Shown here one piece after another: positions 19,138 to 29,236 of a stretch of 47,092 bases of DNA (its first letter is position 1; each line of letters opens with the position of its first letter). Source of the DNA: Deltaproteobacteria bacterium (GTDB lineage Bacteria; Desulfobacterota; Desulfobacteria; Desulfobacterales; ETH-SRB1); contig JAJSZP010000001.1 of NCBI GenBank assembly GCA_030262775.1, positions 1-47,092 on the forward strand. The letters are read 5' to 3'. The notes under the pieces were generated by a model that did no database searches, was not told the DNA's origin, and saw only the letters and a program-made list of their open reading frames with translations. A program made the translations under genes and the position numbers.

Positions 19138-19560
19138 TTAGAGCCTCTTGCAGAAACACATAAAACCATGTTGTCCATGTTGTCCATATTTTGTATTGAT
19201 ATATTTCACGTCATGTTCTCCGCGGCGCAGATGCATAAATAGCATATTTTCCAGCAACAGACCGTAATTATATGAATTGCGAAAGGTCATGGCAGTCAAA
19301 AGTCCGGTATTAATTGTGTAGATTTTAGCCGGATTAATCAGCCTTGATTTTGCAGAGCGACTGTTAATGGAAATCTTGTAAAATAAAAAAGCATCCGTCA
19401 AATGATCAGAATATTCATACAAGCTGTTCTTGGTGCATTTGATCGACATACTTTTCATGGTATTGTAGAATTTATTTGCACTGAACTTCTGGCCGGAAGA
19501 ATTCATAATATGACGGACAAAATATTTAAGCATATGGACATTGCTTGGGAACTGGGTCAA
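19138..19560 (-). pseudogene. Truncated DUF4143-domain fragment of an AAA-ATPase family gene
   Basis: Only the C-terminal DUF4143-like region is present (KFSANKFYNTMKSMSIKCTKNSLYEYSDHLTDAFLFYKI...INPAKIYTINTGLL...LLENMLFMHLRR). The AAA N-domain is absent and the nominal start is a TTG overlapping the kinase stop. The tail GQHGQH comes from a 9-bp tandem duplication (CCATGTTGT x2, 19166-19183). Confidence 0.65.
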
Positions 19561-21296
19561 AATTCTTTATTATCAAGCACTCTACGAACCATAATTGAAA
19601 GATCTTTCATCAATACAGGCTTCATTAAAAAGTCTTTAATGCCTAAGGATTTTGCCTTTTCGTTCGACATATTCTCGCTGAATCCACTGCAAAGAATAAT
19701 AGGAATATCAGTCCTGATGTCCATTATTTTTTGAGCCAATTGATCACCGGCCATGTTGGGCATGGTCATATCGGTAATGATCAGATCAAATTTATCTGGA
19801 TTTGCCTGGAATGCCTTGAGCGCTTCAACGCTGCTGGTACTGGCTGTAACATCATACCCAAGCCATTCCAACATTTTCTGTTGAATTTCAACAATCATTT
19901 TTTCATCATCAACGACAAGGATACGTTCACTGCTTTTTTCAATGGGCTGTGTTTCAAGTTGCTCTGTCTGCTGTCGGGTTTTTATCACAGGCAGGTAAAC
20001 ATAAAATTCAGTTCCCTTGTCAGGTTCGCTATACACGCTGATATGTCCGCTATGACTTTTAATAATGCCGTGGACAATCGCAAGCCCCAAACCAGTACCT
20101 TTACCCTCTTTTTTAGTTGTAAAATAGGGGTCAAATATGCGGTCTATTATGCTCTGATCCATACCAATGCCTGTGTCGCTCACCATAAGACAAACATACG
20201 TTCCAGTAGGCACACCTTTTAAATCATCGGCCCTCAAATCAACCTCTTTCAAGGTTACCTTGAGCTTGCCGCCTTTTTTCTCCATGGCATGATAGGCATT
20301 GGTGAACAGATTAATAGCAACTTGATGAATTTGGGTATAATCCGCCATCACTGATTGGCAATCTTCGATATTCTGCATGATATCAATGGTGGCGGGTATT
20401 GAAGATTTAATCAGCTTTAAAGCTTCTTTGATAACAAGATGCACTTTAATCGGTTTTAAGTCATATTTCCCTTGACGACTGAAAGTGAGTATCTGTCTTA
20501 CCAGATCCCTAGCGCGTTTCGCCCCATTGAAAATTACACTCAAATCATGCTTGAGATCGCTGTCATCAGGAGCGTTATTCAGCAGCATTTCTGAATATCC
20601 AAGAATAGGAAAGAGGATATTGTTAAAATCATGGGCAATGCCTCCGGAGAGTGTGCCAATGGCTTCCATCTTTTGGGTTTGCCGGAGCCGGGCTTCGAGC
20701 TTCTTTTTTTCTTTCTCCATTCGTTTGCGCTCGGTGATGTCGCGTGCTGTACACATCAGGTATTCGACATTTCCGTTGACGTCCAATTTAGGTGTTGTGA
20801 CTACAGAGAGCGCTCGGAGCGCTCCTTTGCCGTTCTTCAACCACTGCTCGGTCTGGATCTGTTTTTTTTCACGGAATACTTTTTTGTTGCAGGCAATACA
20901 AGCCCTGGCTTCTTCTCTATCAAGTATGTTCCATAACTTCTTAGCTTCCAAATCCTCCTTTTTCATCCCCAAAAAGTTTGACATGGCCTTGTTAACAACG
21001 CCATAGGTCTCCACATCCGTCAAATACCAAACCTGGGTCTCTATGTTGTCGAGTAAAAGCGCCTTCTCTTCCGCCCTCCTTCGCTCCAATTGAACCAGAA
21101 AACTCCGTGCGACTATTCGGATCAGCCCCCCTTCATTCGCCAATTCACCGCATATCCTGGCTGCCTCTTCGCTGGTGTAGATTTCCCTGTTTTCCAATGT
21201 TGAGTCGTCTATCTTCTTGTTAATGAGTTCTCTGGCTGTTTCTATTCCGATACTTTGGGCATATGCGCCTATAAACTCATCCTTTTTTATTTGCAC
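19557..21296 (-). CDS. PAS-domain hybrid sensor histidine kinase with C-terminal receiver domain
   Basis: 579 aa. It has a PAS-like region, the H-box GGIAHDFNNIL, the HATPase motifs DTGIGM / GTGLGL, and a receiver domain ILVVDDE...DLIITDMTMP...K. Confidence 0.9.
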   Translation of the reverse strand: MQIKKDEFIGAYAQSIGIETARELINKKIDDSTLENREIYTSEEAARICGELANEGGLIRIVARSFLVQLERRRAEEKALLLDNIETQVWYLTDVETYGVVNKAMSNFLGMKKEDLEAKKLWNILDREEARACIACNKKVFREKKQIQTEQWLKNGKGALRALSVVTTPKLDVNGNVEYLMCTARDITERKRMEKEKKKLEARLRQTQKMEAIGTLSGGIAHDFNNILFPILGYSEMLLNNAPDDSDLKHDLSVIFNGAKRARDLVRQILTFSRQGKYDLKPIKVHLVIKEALKLIKSSIPATIDIMQNIEDCQSVMADYTQIHQVAINLFTNAYHAMEKKGGKLKVTLKEVDLRADDLKGVPTGTYVCLMVSDTGIGMDQSIIDRIFDPYFTTKKEGKGTGLGLAIVHGIIKSHSGHISVYSEPDKGTEFYVYLPVIKTRQQTEQLETQPIEKSSERILVVDDEKMIVEIQQKMLEWLGYDVTASTSSVEALKAFQANPDKFDLIITDMTMPNMAGDQLAQKIMDIRTDIPIILCSGFSENMSNEKAKSLGIKDFLMKPVLMKDLSIMVRRVLDNKEF

Positions 21297-22528
21297 TGCA
21301 AACCTCTTTTTTTATGTGCGCTGTTCGGCAGTAATAAGACCACAGAAGTGGTGTTATGAAATCCGCTGAACTTACCCGGCTCCAGTCTGATTTCACCATA
21401 CGTCTCCCAGCCCAACACAGGAACATCCGGAAACATTTTTTTGAACCGGTCCACGGCCTCGGAGAACCTGTCACCTAACATCAATTGCCTGTGAGCGCAG
21501 TCAAAGACGATAATCCCGGCAAATTCAGAATAACCTGCATTTTCAGCAGATTCCCTGGCAAATCCGGCGGCCTGCTCAAGCGCATTGATCTGGTTTTCCA
21601 AATTGCCACCGTCCATAATACGAAACACCGCTCCTTGAACAATACCACACGTAAAATTGAGAGAGCCGTCTTCGTTCAGACTTTCGGGCCATCGTATCTT
21701 ATATTGATCTTCTTTTCCGGTAGACAGACCAAGCATGTAATTAGTGAAGAACCATGCAATTTCTGTGGGCGTTTTGAGTTGTTCCACATCTATACCTCTC
21801 TTTAGCGCGGCATGGGCCGTCTCTTTTTTCCATATCTCCCACGCTGGTCTGCCATCTATTTCATAAAGCACATTACCTTCAGTCCTGCTTGCTCTCAACT
21901 TTTTGCTCAGAGGGGTGTGCCCAGGTTTCACGCCGGTAAATAAAGGCATTTTTGAGGCAAGAATGCAGACACTGAGAGCATTCTCACACACTTTATCATC
22001 AGAAAAAATAAAGGTATTCTCCATTCTGAAATCGTCGCTTGCCATGCCTCCGACAACTTTGAGATTATGACCGGGAAGATATGAAGTCAATAAGGCAATT
22101 TCTTCTCCTACACCGGACAGACCATCAATCAGGATAATGGCAGTCAGGTGAGGATAGCCTTCAATCTTATTGCGGAGCTTGGCTGCAACTTTCCTCATTG
22201 CTGCCGCGGGTTCTTCTTTTACCCCTTTTGCCAGAGCAGTAAAGATCTTAATGTCGTCCGACGAGAGCAAGCCAACTGCCACACTTCCCCTTTCAAACCG
22301 TTCCTCAGTAAACTCTCCTGTGGAAGAAGCCCCGATCAGGGGCGCATTGTTCGTGGCCTTTCTCACTGTATCCACTACTTTCCTGTGATCGTATTCAGTG
22401 GAGGTATACACCATGGACAGATCAACTCGACCTTCTTCCAGTTTCTCCTTTGCCATCATGACAGCTTCTTTAGCCGCCACAACGCTTTCTTTGGCCTTGC
22501 TTAACCCTGTCGCAAGCCTGGTTCCCAT
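21287..22528 (-). CDS. FIST-domain signal transduction protein
   Basis: The layout is FIST_N/FIST_C-like (DLSMVYTSTEYD..., ...FSGFHNTTSVVLLL). I place the start at MGTRLATG (22528) because a GGAAGGA SD lies 8 nt upstream, whereas the track ORF extends to 22573. It overlaps the kinase start by 10 nt. Confidence 0.75.
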   Translation of the reverse strand: MGTRLATGLSKAKESVVAAKEAVMMAKEKLEEGRVDLSMVYTSTEYDHRKVVDTVRKATNNAPLIGASSTGEFTEERFERGSVAVGLLSSDDIKIFTALAKGVKEEPAAAMRKVAAKLRNKIEGYPHLTAIILIDGLSGVGEEIALLTSYLPGHNLKVVGGMASDDFRMENTFIFSDDKVCENALSVCILASKMPLFTGVKPGHTPLSKKLRASRTEGNVLYEIDGRPAWEIWKKETAHAALKRGIDVEQLKTPTEIAWFFTNYMLGLSTGKEDQYKIRWPESLNEDGSLNFTCGIVQGAVFRIMDGGNLENQINALEQAAGFARESAENAGYSEFAGIIVFDCAHRQLMLGDRFSEAVDRFKKMFPDVPVLGWETYGEIRLEPGKFSGFHNTTSVVLLLPNSAHKKRGLQCK

Positions 22529-22880
22529 TGTCAAATCCTTCCCTTTTTGTCTCAGATTGATCTTGCACGGCACGTTTTATCTGCGTATATAGTATCTGTT
22601 CAAGGTCTCTGGCTTTACAGATACAGATCAAAAAGTTACAAACTCGTAATACTTTAGCTTTTTGAAAATATAGCCACAGCCGGTTAATGTTACATAAAAA
22701 AGGAGTTTGTAAATTTCTGCAGATAGAAACTTGCTTTTGAGATACATAAATATGGCAAGAAGCGGATTGGGTGTCAAGACAAAACACACCCCTCCCTCCA
22801 TTGACAAGCCGGCGACGGTCTCTCTTTAGTCTGCAAATTAATTATAGAGCAAAGCTCTCTTTATACCCTGGGAATTCAAT

Positions 22881-23810
22881 ATGACAAGATGTGTTACAAT
22901 TATTATATCTCTATTCATATCAATGCTATTTGCATGTACCGGTAATAATGTAGTAAAAAAATCCGATAAAATTATTCCAGGTATTAAGGAAATTAAAAAA
23001 GGGACGCATCTGTATAAAAAAGGATGTTACAAGCGATCGCTGGAACACTTCTTAAGAGCACACGAGCTATTTGTCTTTTATGACAATTTAAGCGGTGTTG
23101 CCTTGAGTATGAACAACATAGGCAATGTTTACAGAACAACTGGCTGCCCTTCTTCTGCCACACAATTTTTTGATGAATCCTGCCGTATATTTTTATATAT
23201 TAACGATATTGAAGGTGCTGTCCAGGCTATTTCAAACAAAACTGCTGCATTAATAGAAGATGGCAGGCTTGAAGAAGCATCTAATGCTTTAAGTTGTGCG
23301 AAAAGAATAGCGGAAAACAATAAAAAGCTTTCTGTAACATTGCTAAAAAATCAAGGCATTCTCCTTGTCAGAAAAAAAGAATTCAAACGCGCCGAGGATA
23401 TATTAAAAAAAGCTTGTAAAAAAGTTGAAACTTCAAACATTTTAGAAAAGGCAGCAATCAATTTTGCTTTAGGGAATCTTATGGTTGAAACAAAACGCTC
23501 TGATAAGGCTGTTGAATATTTTAAAAAAGCTTTATCTGCCGATCAATCTTCAGGATTCATTAAAGGAATTGCAGATGATCTGGCTGCAATTGGGACAGTC
23601 TATTACAATCAGGATAAATACAAACCTGCGGTAAACTTTTTTAACCGAAGCATAAAAATTTATGCACTTATGGGAAATGATAAAAAAGTACATAAAATAA
23701 TGGACTTCCTCATTAAGTCTTCAGAAAAAGCAAATATTAATATAAGCATAACAAAAAATTTTGTTAAAAGATGGTTGGAAGGCAAATCTCTTAAAGGCTT
23801 CTGTAACTAA
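22881..23810 (+). CDS. TPR-repeat lipoprotein
   Basis: 309 aa. It has a signal peptide with lipobox MLFA-C, followed by several TPR-like units. Confidence 0.7.
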   Translation: MTRCVTIIISLFISMLFACTGNNVVKKSDKIIPGIKEIKKGTHLYKKGCYKRSLEHFLRAHELFVFYDNLSGVALSMNNIGNVYRTTGCPSSATQFFDESCRIFLYINDIEGAVQAISNKTAALIEDGRLEEASNALSCAKRIAENNKKLSVTLLKNQGILLVRKKEFKRAEDILKKACKKVETSNILEKAAINFALGNLMVETKRSDKAVEYFKKALSADQSSGFIKGIADDLAAIGTVYYNQDKYKPAVNFFNRSIKIYALMGNDKKVHKIMDFLIKSSEKANINISITKNFVKRWLEGKSLKGFCN

Positions 23811-23927
23811 AAGCCCTAACCCTGCTTTCGCACTTTTCTCAAGCTCAATTTTTATTGAAATTGTAAGTTATAACAATCAATGGACTGCAATTGCTCTATA
23901 GCGAAACTGATTTATAGGTAATGCAGG

Positions 23928-26900
23928 CTAAACCGGTTCAATTCTTACTGCGCAGACTTTGAACTCAGGTATCCTGGCTACAGGATCAAGAGCATCGTTG
24001 GTCAAAAGATTAACTGCCATTTCCCCGAAATGGAATGGAATAAAAACAGTCCGTTCGGGGCTTCTTTTTGTAATAATAACACGAGCTTTAATCTCTCCGC
24101 GGCGGGATACAATCCTAACTACATTTCCGCCTTCTATTCCCTTTTGCTCAGCGTCCAGAGGATGAATTTCAGCAATAACTTCAGGTGAAATTGTATGGAG
24201 TCCCTTAACCCTGCGGGTCATAGTGCCGCTGTTGTAGTGATAGAGCTCTCTTCCGGTTGAAAGAAGCAAGGGATATTCTTTGTTTGGAAGTTCGTTTGGA
24301 AGAATAAATTCAACTGATTGAAACAAGCCTTTCCCGCGGGTAAATTTATCTTTATGAAGATATGGCGTACCAGGATGCTCCCAGCTTGTGCATGGCCATT
24401 GAAGTCCATGATTTTTTAGCCGTTCGTAGTGAATCCCCCCGTAATTCGGCACAAGATCGGCGATTTCCTCCATAATCTCTTCAGGGTGATTATAATTCAT
24501 CGGAGTTCCCATCTTCTCGGACAAACTGCATATTATTTCCCAGTCGGGTCTTGAATCGCCAATGGGTTCTATTCCCTTTCTCACGCGCTGAACACGCCTT
24601 TCAGTATTGGTAAATGTGCCGTCCTTTTCTGCATAACTCGCAGCAGGAAGTACTACATGGGCGAATTTGGCTGTCTCGGTCATAAAGATATCCTGAACAA
24701 CCAAAAAATCCAGTTTTTTAATGACCTCTTTAACATGTTTCAGATTAGGATCGCTTACAACAGGGTTTTCACCCATTATGTACATAGCTTTTAACTTTTC
24801 ATTAAGAACAGCAGACCACATATCCGTTACAGCAAGTCCTGGTTTTGAGGAAAGCTTAATGCCCCAGGCTTTTTCAAATTTTTCAACATTTTTCTGTTCA
24901 GAAACGCTTTGATAACCGGGAAAAACATTGGGCAGAGCGCCCATATCGCAGGCTCCCTGCACATTATTCTGGCCCCTTAAAGGATTAACCCCTCCTCCTT
25001 CGATCCCGACGTTACCGCATAACATAGCCAGATTTGCTATTGACTTAACATTATTGGTACCAAATGCATGCTGGGTTATGCCCATAGCATATGCAATAGA
25101 GCCATTTTGGGCCTGAGCATAAATGCGTGCTGCTTTTTTAAGATCTTCAGACGGTATCCCTGTAAGTCTTTCGACAAACTCAGGATGGTATTTCATCACA
25201 GTCTCTTTCATGGCCATAAAATTCTCGGTTCTTTCCGCCACATAAGAGGCATCATACAAATCTTCTTCAATGATGACATACATCATTCCGTTTAACCAGA
25301 CCACATCTGTCCCGGGTTTGGGTCGCAACCAGATTTCAGCATATCTCACCATCTCAATTTCACGTGGGTCAACAACTATCAGCTTTGTCCCATGCTCAAT
25401 TATTGCCTTTTTCATATTAAGAGCTATGACAGGATAGTTTTCGGTAGAATTAGTCCCGGTCAAGAGGATAACATCAGCCTTTCTAAAATCGGCCATAGAG
25501 TTGGTCATTGCCCCGCTTCCAAACGATGCGGCCAGCCCGGCCACAGTGGGAGCGTGTCAGAGACGGGCGCAGTGGTCCACATTGTTGGTGCCAACGACCA
25601 CGCGCATAAATTTCTGCATAAGGAAATTCTCTTCATTCGTACACTTTGCCGAACTCAAACCAGCCAGACTATCGGAGCCCGATTTGGCCTTTATCTCCAA
25701 AAATTTCCGGGCAATCAGCGAAATCGCCTTTTCCCAGCTCACCTCCCAGAAATATTCCCCTTTTCTTACAAGCGGAGTCTTAAGCCGGTCAGGATGACGG
25801 ACGAACTCACTTCCGAATCTGCCCTTGACGCATAAATTTCCAAAATTGGGACTATCGTTTGAATCTGTGGTAACTTCTACAATCGTCTGCCCTTTAATAT
25901 TCAAAGTAATAGAACATCCGCAGCCGCAGAATGGACAAACTGTTTTAATCTTCTTGATTTCGTTTGCAGCAACAGGCAGGGTAACATTTTTTTTGACCAG
26001 AGTACCTGTTGGACAGTTGTCAACACAGGCTCCACAGGAAACGCAGTTGTCATTAATTCTAATAGAAACAATGCCTGGAAACCCGTCCTCTTCAAACTCT
26101 TTTCCTTCCAGCTCAATGGCTCCATATTCACAGCTATTCTCGCAGCGCTGGCAAAATATACACTTGTTTGGGTCAATAACAATAAAGGGGTGGCTGCTGT
26201 CGATTGCATACTGACGGCGCTTGAGCATTTTTGAAATTGGAAATCTAACCCCGTATTCGATGGACAGGCTGCGTAATTCACATTTATTAATAGCCACGCA
26301 GCCGCACTGCAAACATCTTTCAGACTCACGTAAAGCTGTTTCCTCACTGAATCCCAGTTCTATTTCGTCAAAATCCCTTGTACGCCTTTCCGGCGCCCTA
26401 ACCGGCATCTTTTCTCCTAAGCGAAGGGTAATATGCTCGAAATTATGTAAATCAACATCTTCAAATTTTTTACCCTTAGTAAAATTAATCTGGCGTTTAG
26501 GAGAGGGCAAAGGCGTGTCGGTAAGATATGCATGAATTGCCATGGCTGCCTTTCGGCCGCCGGTAACAGCCTGGATCACTGTTCTGGGGCCACGGACAAC
26601 GTCACCCCCTGCAAAAACCCCTTTTTCTGAAGTCTGAAATGATTGCGGACTGGCAATAATGGTACCGCCAGGAAGAACATGAGGTTTTATATTTTCATCA
26701 GGCAGTTCCATCCATGAAAGGTCAGGAACCTGTCCGGGCGCCAGAATTACAGTATCTGCTTCACGAATTTTTTCTGATCCTAAATAAGGGATGGGACAAC
26801 GCCTGCCTTTCTCGTCGGGCCCACTCAATTTCATTCTGACTGTTTCGAGCTTAAAAAATTTCTTTTCCCTGCTAATCTTTGAAAGCCCTGTCATGAATAT

Positions 26901-28037
26901 AAATTTGACGCCCTCTTTTTCAGCTTCCTTAACTTCCCTGTGAATTGCAGGCATCTCCATCATTGAACGCTGATATATAACAACAACTTCATCTACGTCC
27001 ATCCTTACGCAGGTCCTGGCTGTATCAACGGCCGCATCACCACCGCCTATGACCGCGACTCTTCTGCCTATCACAGGAGCCTGCCCAAGACTTACATTCA
27101 GAAGAAAATCAGAGCCTGAAAACACTTCATCCAGATCCTCTCCTTCGATGCCTGATTGCTGTTTGTTCCATGCGCCTATACCTAAGAAAATGGCCTTAAA
27201 ACCTTCCTCTTTGAGGCTTTTAATAGTAAAGTCAACTCCCAGCTTCCGCCCCATTCTGGTATTCACCCCTGATCTGAGTATGTTCTCTATTTCCTGATCA
27301 ACTATCTTTTTGGGAAGACGAAATTCAGGTATGCCATAACGAAGCATACCTCCAAGTTGCGGCATGGCCTCGAATATTGTTACACAGTGACCTATTTTTG
27401 AAAGATAATAAGCAGCGGAAAGCCCGGCAGGACCCCCTCCTATCACAGCAACTCTATGCTCGGAAGAAGGAGCGGGGGGGATGACATCAGTATCTTTATG
27501 TTGAATAGCATAATCCGCCACAAAGCGTTTTAAATGATTTATACCTATGAACTCTTCAACAAGAATGCGGCGGCATCTTGATTCACAAAAATGCGGGCAT
27601 ACCCTGCCTATGGAAAGCGGAAGGGGGTTCTTCTCTTTGATGAGTTTCAAGGCTTCAATAAACTCACCACGTGCAATCAGGCTGAGATATCCCTGAATAT
27701 TGATATGAGCTGGACAGGTCTGAGAACATGGCGCAATGCAATCACCATAATGCCTTGACAGCATACTTGTTAAAACGCGTTGCCTTGAGTCTGTAACGCG
27801 GCCACTTTGAGTAGCAACTTTCATGCCGTCTTCTACAGGAGTGGAACAGGCGGGGACCAGTTCATCTCTACCATTGATTTCGACTACACATATACCGCAA
27901 GGGTGTTCTATCGTCTTTGCCGGTACATAGCATAGCGTTGGGATAATGACCCCTGCCGCATTTGCGGCATTTAAAATAGTTGTACCGGGATCAACCCATA
28001 ATGTTTGACCGTCAATCGTTATTTCAAGCTTAGACAT
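23928..28037 (-). CDS. fdhA: Selenocysteine-containing formate dehydrogenase alpha subunit fused to 2Fe-2S, GltD/NfnB-like NAD(P)H-flavin and ferredoxin domains (single 1369-codon gene)
   Basis: Track ORFs 25557-28037 and 23928-25544 are in the same frame and joined by TGA (25557-25559) in the FdhA active-site motif [28 protein letters not shown]. The N-terminal half has a 2Fe-2S domain (ITIDGQ...C..C), GltD-like Cys clusters plus VAVIGGGPAGLSAAYYL, 2x CxxCxxCxxxCP, and then the MopB cluster CPFCGCGC. Confidence 0.9.
25528..25544 (-). promoter_or_regulatory. Putative bacterial SECIS hairpin for fdhA
   Basis: The mRNA reads UGA + 12 nt + GUGGCC-GGGCU-GGCCGC, a 6-bp stem with a G-rich loop. 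The spacing is similar to the E. coli fdhF SECIS. Confidence 0.6.
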
Positions 28038-28042
28038 CTTTT

Positions 28043-28195
28043 ATAATTGATAATTTATAATTGACAATTGACATGCTAACGTAAGTCTCAAGAAAAAACT
28101 TATATAGCTATAGACTTTCAGATAATTAATTTTACAACGATAGAAGATAGAAATTCCTATACTATTCAATTGTCAATTATCAATTGTCAATTATC
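28043..28195. repeat. AT-rich repeat cluster in the acsE-fdhA spacer: perfect tandem 14-mer plus a 15-bp long-range inverted repeat
   Basis: CAATTGTCAATTAT occurs twice in tandem (28167-28194). ATAATTGACAATTGA (28057-28071) is the exact reverse complement of 28180-28194. The octamer AATTGACA and its complement recur at least 4 times. Confidence 0.85.
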
Positions 28196-28199
28196 CACT

Positions 28200-29084
28200 C
28201 TAAGTTGTAAGCCATGAATTTGAAAAAAGAACCTTGCCCATGAGAACACGCGTTGTTTTATAATATTCAAGCTCCTTTTGGCCTAAGGAAGCAGGGTCGG
28301 GTTTGTTTCCATCCATGATATCATGTACCAATTTCACATGTTCAGGTCTTTCTCCCTTGGCAATGCTCAATAATTCCTTGTCATACCCGTCGACAATCGC
28401 AGAATAGAGGCCATGTTTCATGAGCATCATCATATAGGTACGGTTAAGATAGGGACGAAGATCTTCAGGAGCGCCATTGGAAATATTAGAAAGCCCTACA
28501 ATGGATTTGGCTTCAGGCGCAATTTCTCCTAACATGCTCATAAATTCCAGACCGGATAGAACCTGGTTTGCATCAACACATATTGGGGTAGCAATAGGAT
28601 CGATCCAGATATCTGATGTGGGAATACCTGCCTCATTTGCCTGATAGATAAAATCGACCGCCATAGCAGCCCGTTCATTTGAATCCCGAGGCATTCCTTC
28701 CTTGCCCCATAGCAGTCCTATAACGTCTGCTTTATATTGAGTAGCCATTGGAATACCCTTCTCCAGCCTTTCAGGCTGCAATGAAACAGAATTCATTAAT
28801 GGCTTTGTTTTTGTATTTGCCTTTAATCCAGCCTCCATGGCAACTAAATTTGTAGTATCAAGAGAAAAAGGAAGATCACTAACCTCTCGAACTGTTTTTA
28901 CCAGCCAGTCCATCATCTCATCACCGCCCTTGCGGGCCGGGCCTATATTCAAATCAAGATAGTCTGCACCATTTTTTGTTAGTACACGAACCATATCCTG
29001 AATGGGCTCTGGATTTCTCTCCTTCATTGCCGGCCCGATTGTTTTAGACATTATATTAATATTTTCTGCAACACAGATAACCAT
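28200..29084 (-). CDS. acsE: Methyltetrahydrofolate:corrinoid/iron-sulfur protein methyltransferase
   Basis: Pterin-binding (DHPS-like) domain protein adjacent to acsC. I place the start at MVICVAENIN (29084) because a GGAGG lies 7 nt upstream, whereas the track ORF starts at 29102. Confidence 0.85.
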   Translation of the reverse strand: MVICVAENINIMSKTIGPAMKERNPEPIQDMVRVLTKNGADYLDLNIGPARKGGDEMMDWLVKTVREVSDLPFSLDTTNLVAMEAGLKANTKTKPLMNSVSLQPERLEKGIPMATQYKADVIGLLWGKEGMPRDSNERAAMAVDFIYQANEAGIPTSDIWIDPIATPICVDANQVLSGLEFMSMLGEIAPEAKSIVGLSNISNGAPEDLRPYLNRTYMMMLMKHGLYSAIVDGYDKELLSIAKGERPEHVKLVHDIMDGNKPDPASLGQKELEYYKTTRVLMGKVLFSNSWLTT

Positions 29085-29102
29085 AAAAAACCTCCGGGTC
29101 AT

Positions 29103-29130
29103 TGATCATTGATTGTTGATCATTAGTTGT
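29103..29130. repeat. Tandem 14-mer (TGATCATTGATTGT / TGATCATTAGTTGT)
   Basis: Two adjacent copies match at 12 of 14 positions. They lie about 20 nt upstream of the acsE start on the mRNA strand. Confidence 0.8.
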
Positions 29131-29180
29131 TAAAGGCTGCCAACTTGAAGCGGAACACAGCTTTATTAATGTGTGGCCTT

Positions 29181-29236
29181 GCTCACTTTCTCACCTGCCC
29201 GCCAGCCCACTTTCTCACCTGCTCACTTTCTCTACT
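29181..29236. repeat. Three copies of a 16-mer (GCTCACTTTCTCACCT on plus strand, AGGUGAGAAAGUGAGC on mRNA) directly after the acsC stop
   Basis: The copies are at 29181-29196, 29205-29220 and 29221-29236, with 1-3 substitutions between them. The last copy abuts the acsC stop codon at 29237-29239. Confidence 0.85.

Noticed and set aside
19731-21006. Long plus-strand ORFs (163, 173 and 101 aa) inside the histidine kinase gene
   Set aside because: They are antisense shadow ORFs of a well-supported kinase. The same reasoning applies to 2727-3224, 25392-26535, 39209-39908, 44189-44572 and 46370-46751.
22470-22787. 105-aa minus-strand ORF upstream of the FIST gene
   Set aside because: It lies in the divergent promoter region and overlaps the FIST 5' end. 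The sequence is Cys/Leu-rich low-complexity with no motifs.
22574-22880. Sigma-70 or sigma-54 promoter calls in the divergent FIST/TPR intergenic region; a similar case is at 6300-6389
   Set aside because: A TTGACA is present at about 22803, but there is no acceptable -10 at 16-19 nt and no TGGCAC-N5-TTGC match. This is not supportable without TSS data.
25545-25559. Apparent break between ORFs 25557-28037 and 23928-25544, suggesting a disrupted fdhA pseudogene
   Set aside because: The two ORFs share a frame, a single TGA sits exactly at the CARL-U-HAPT active-site position, and a hairpin follows. The break is read as selenocysteine, not a disruption.
28038-28199. Molybdenum-cofactor riboswitch upstream of fdhA
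   Set aside because: The spacer is an AT-rich repeat array. I could not find the GC-rich conserved stems expected of the Moco RNA motif.
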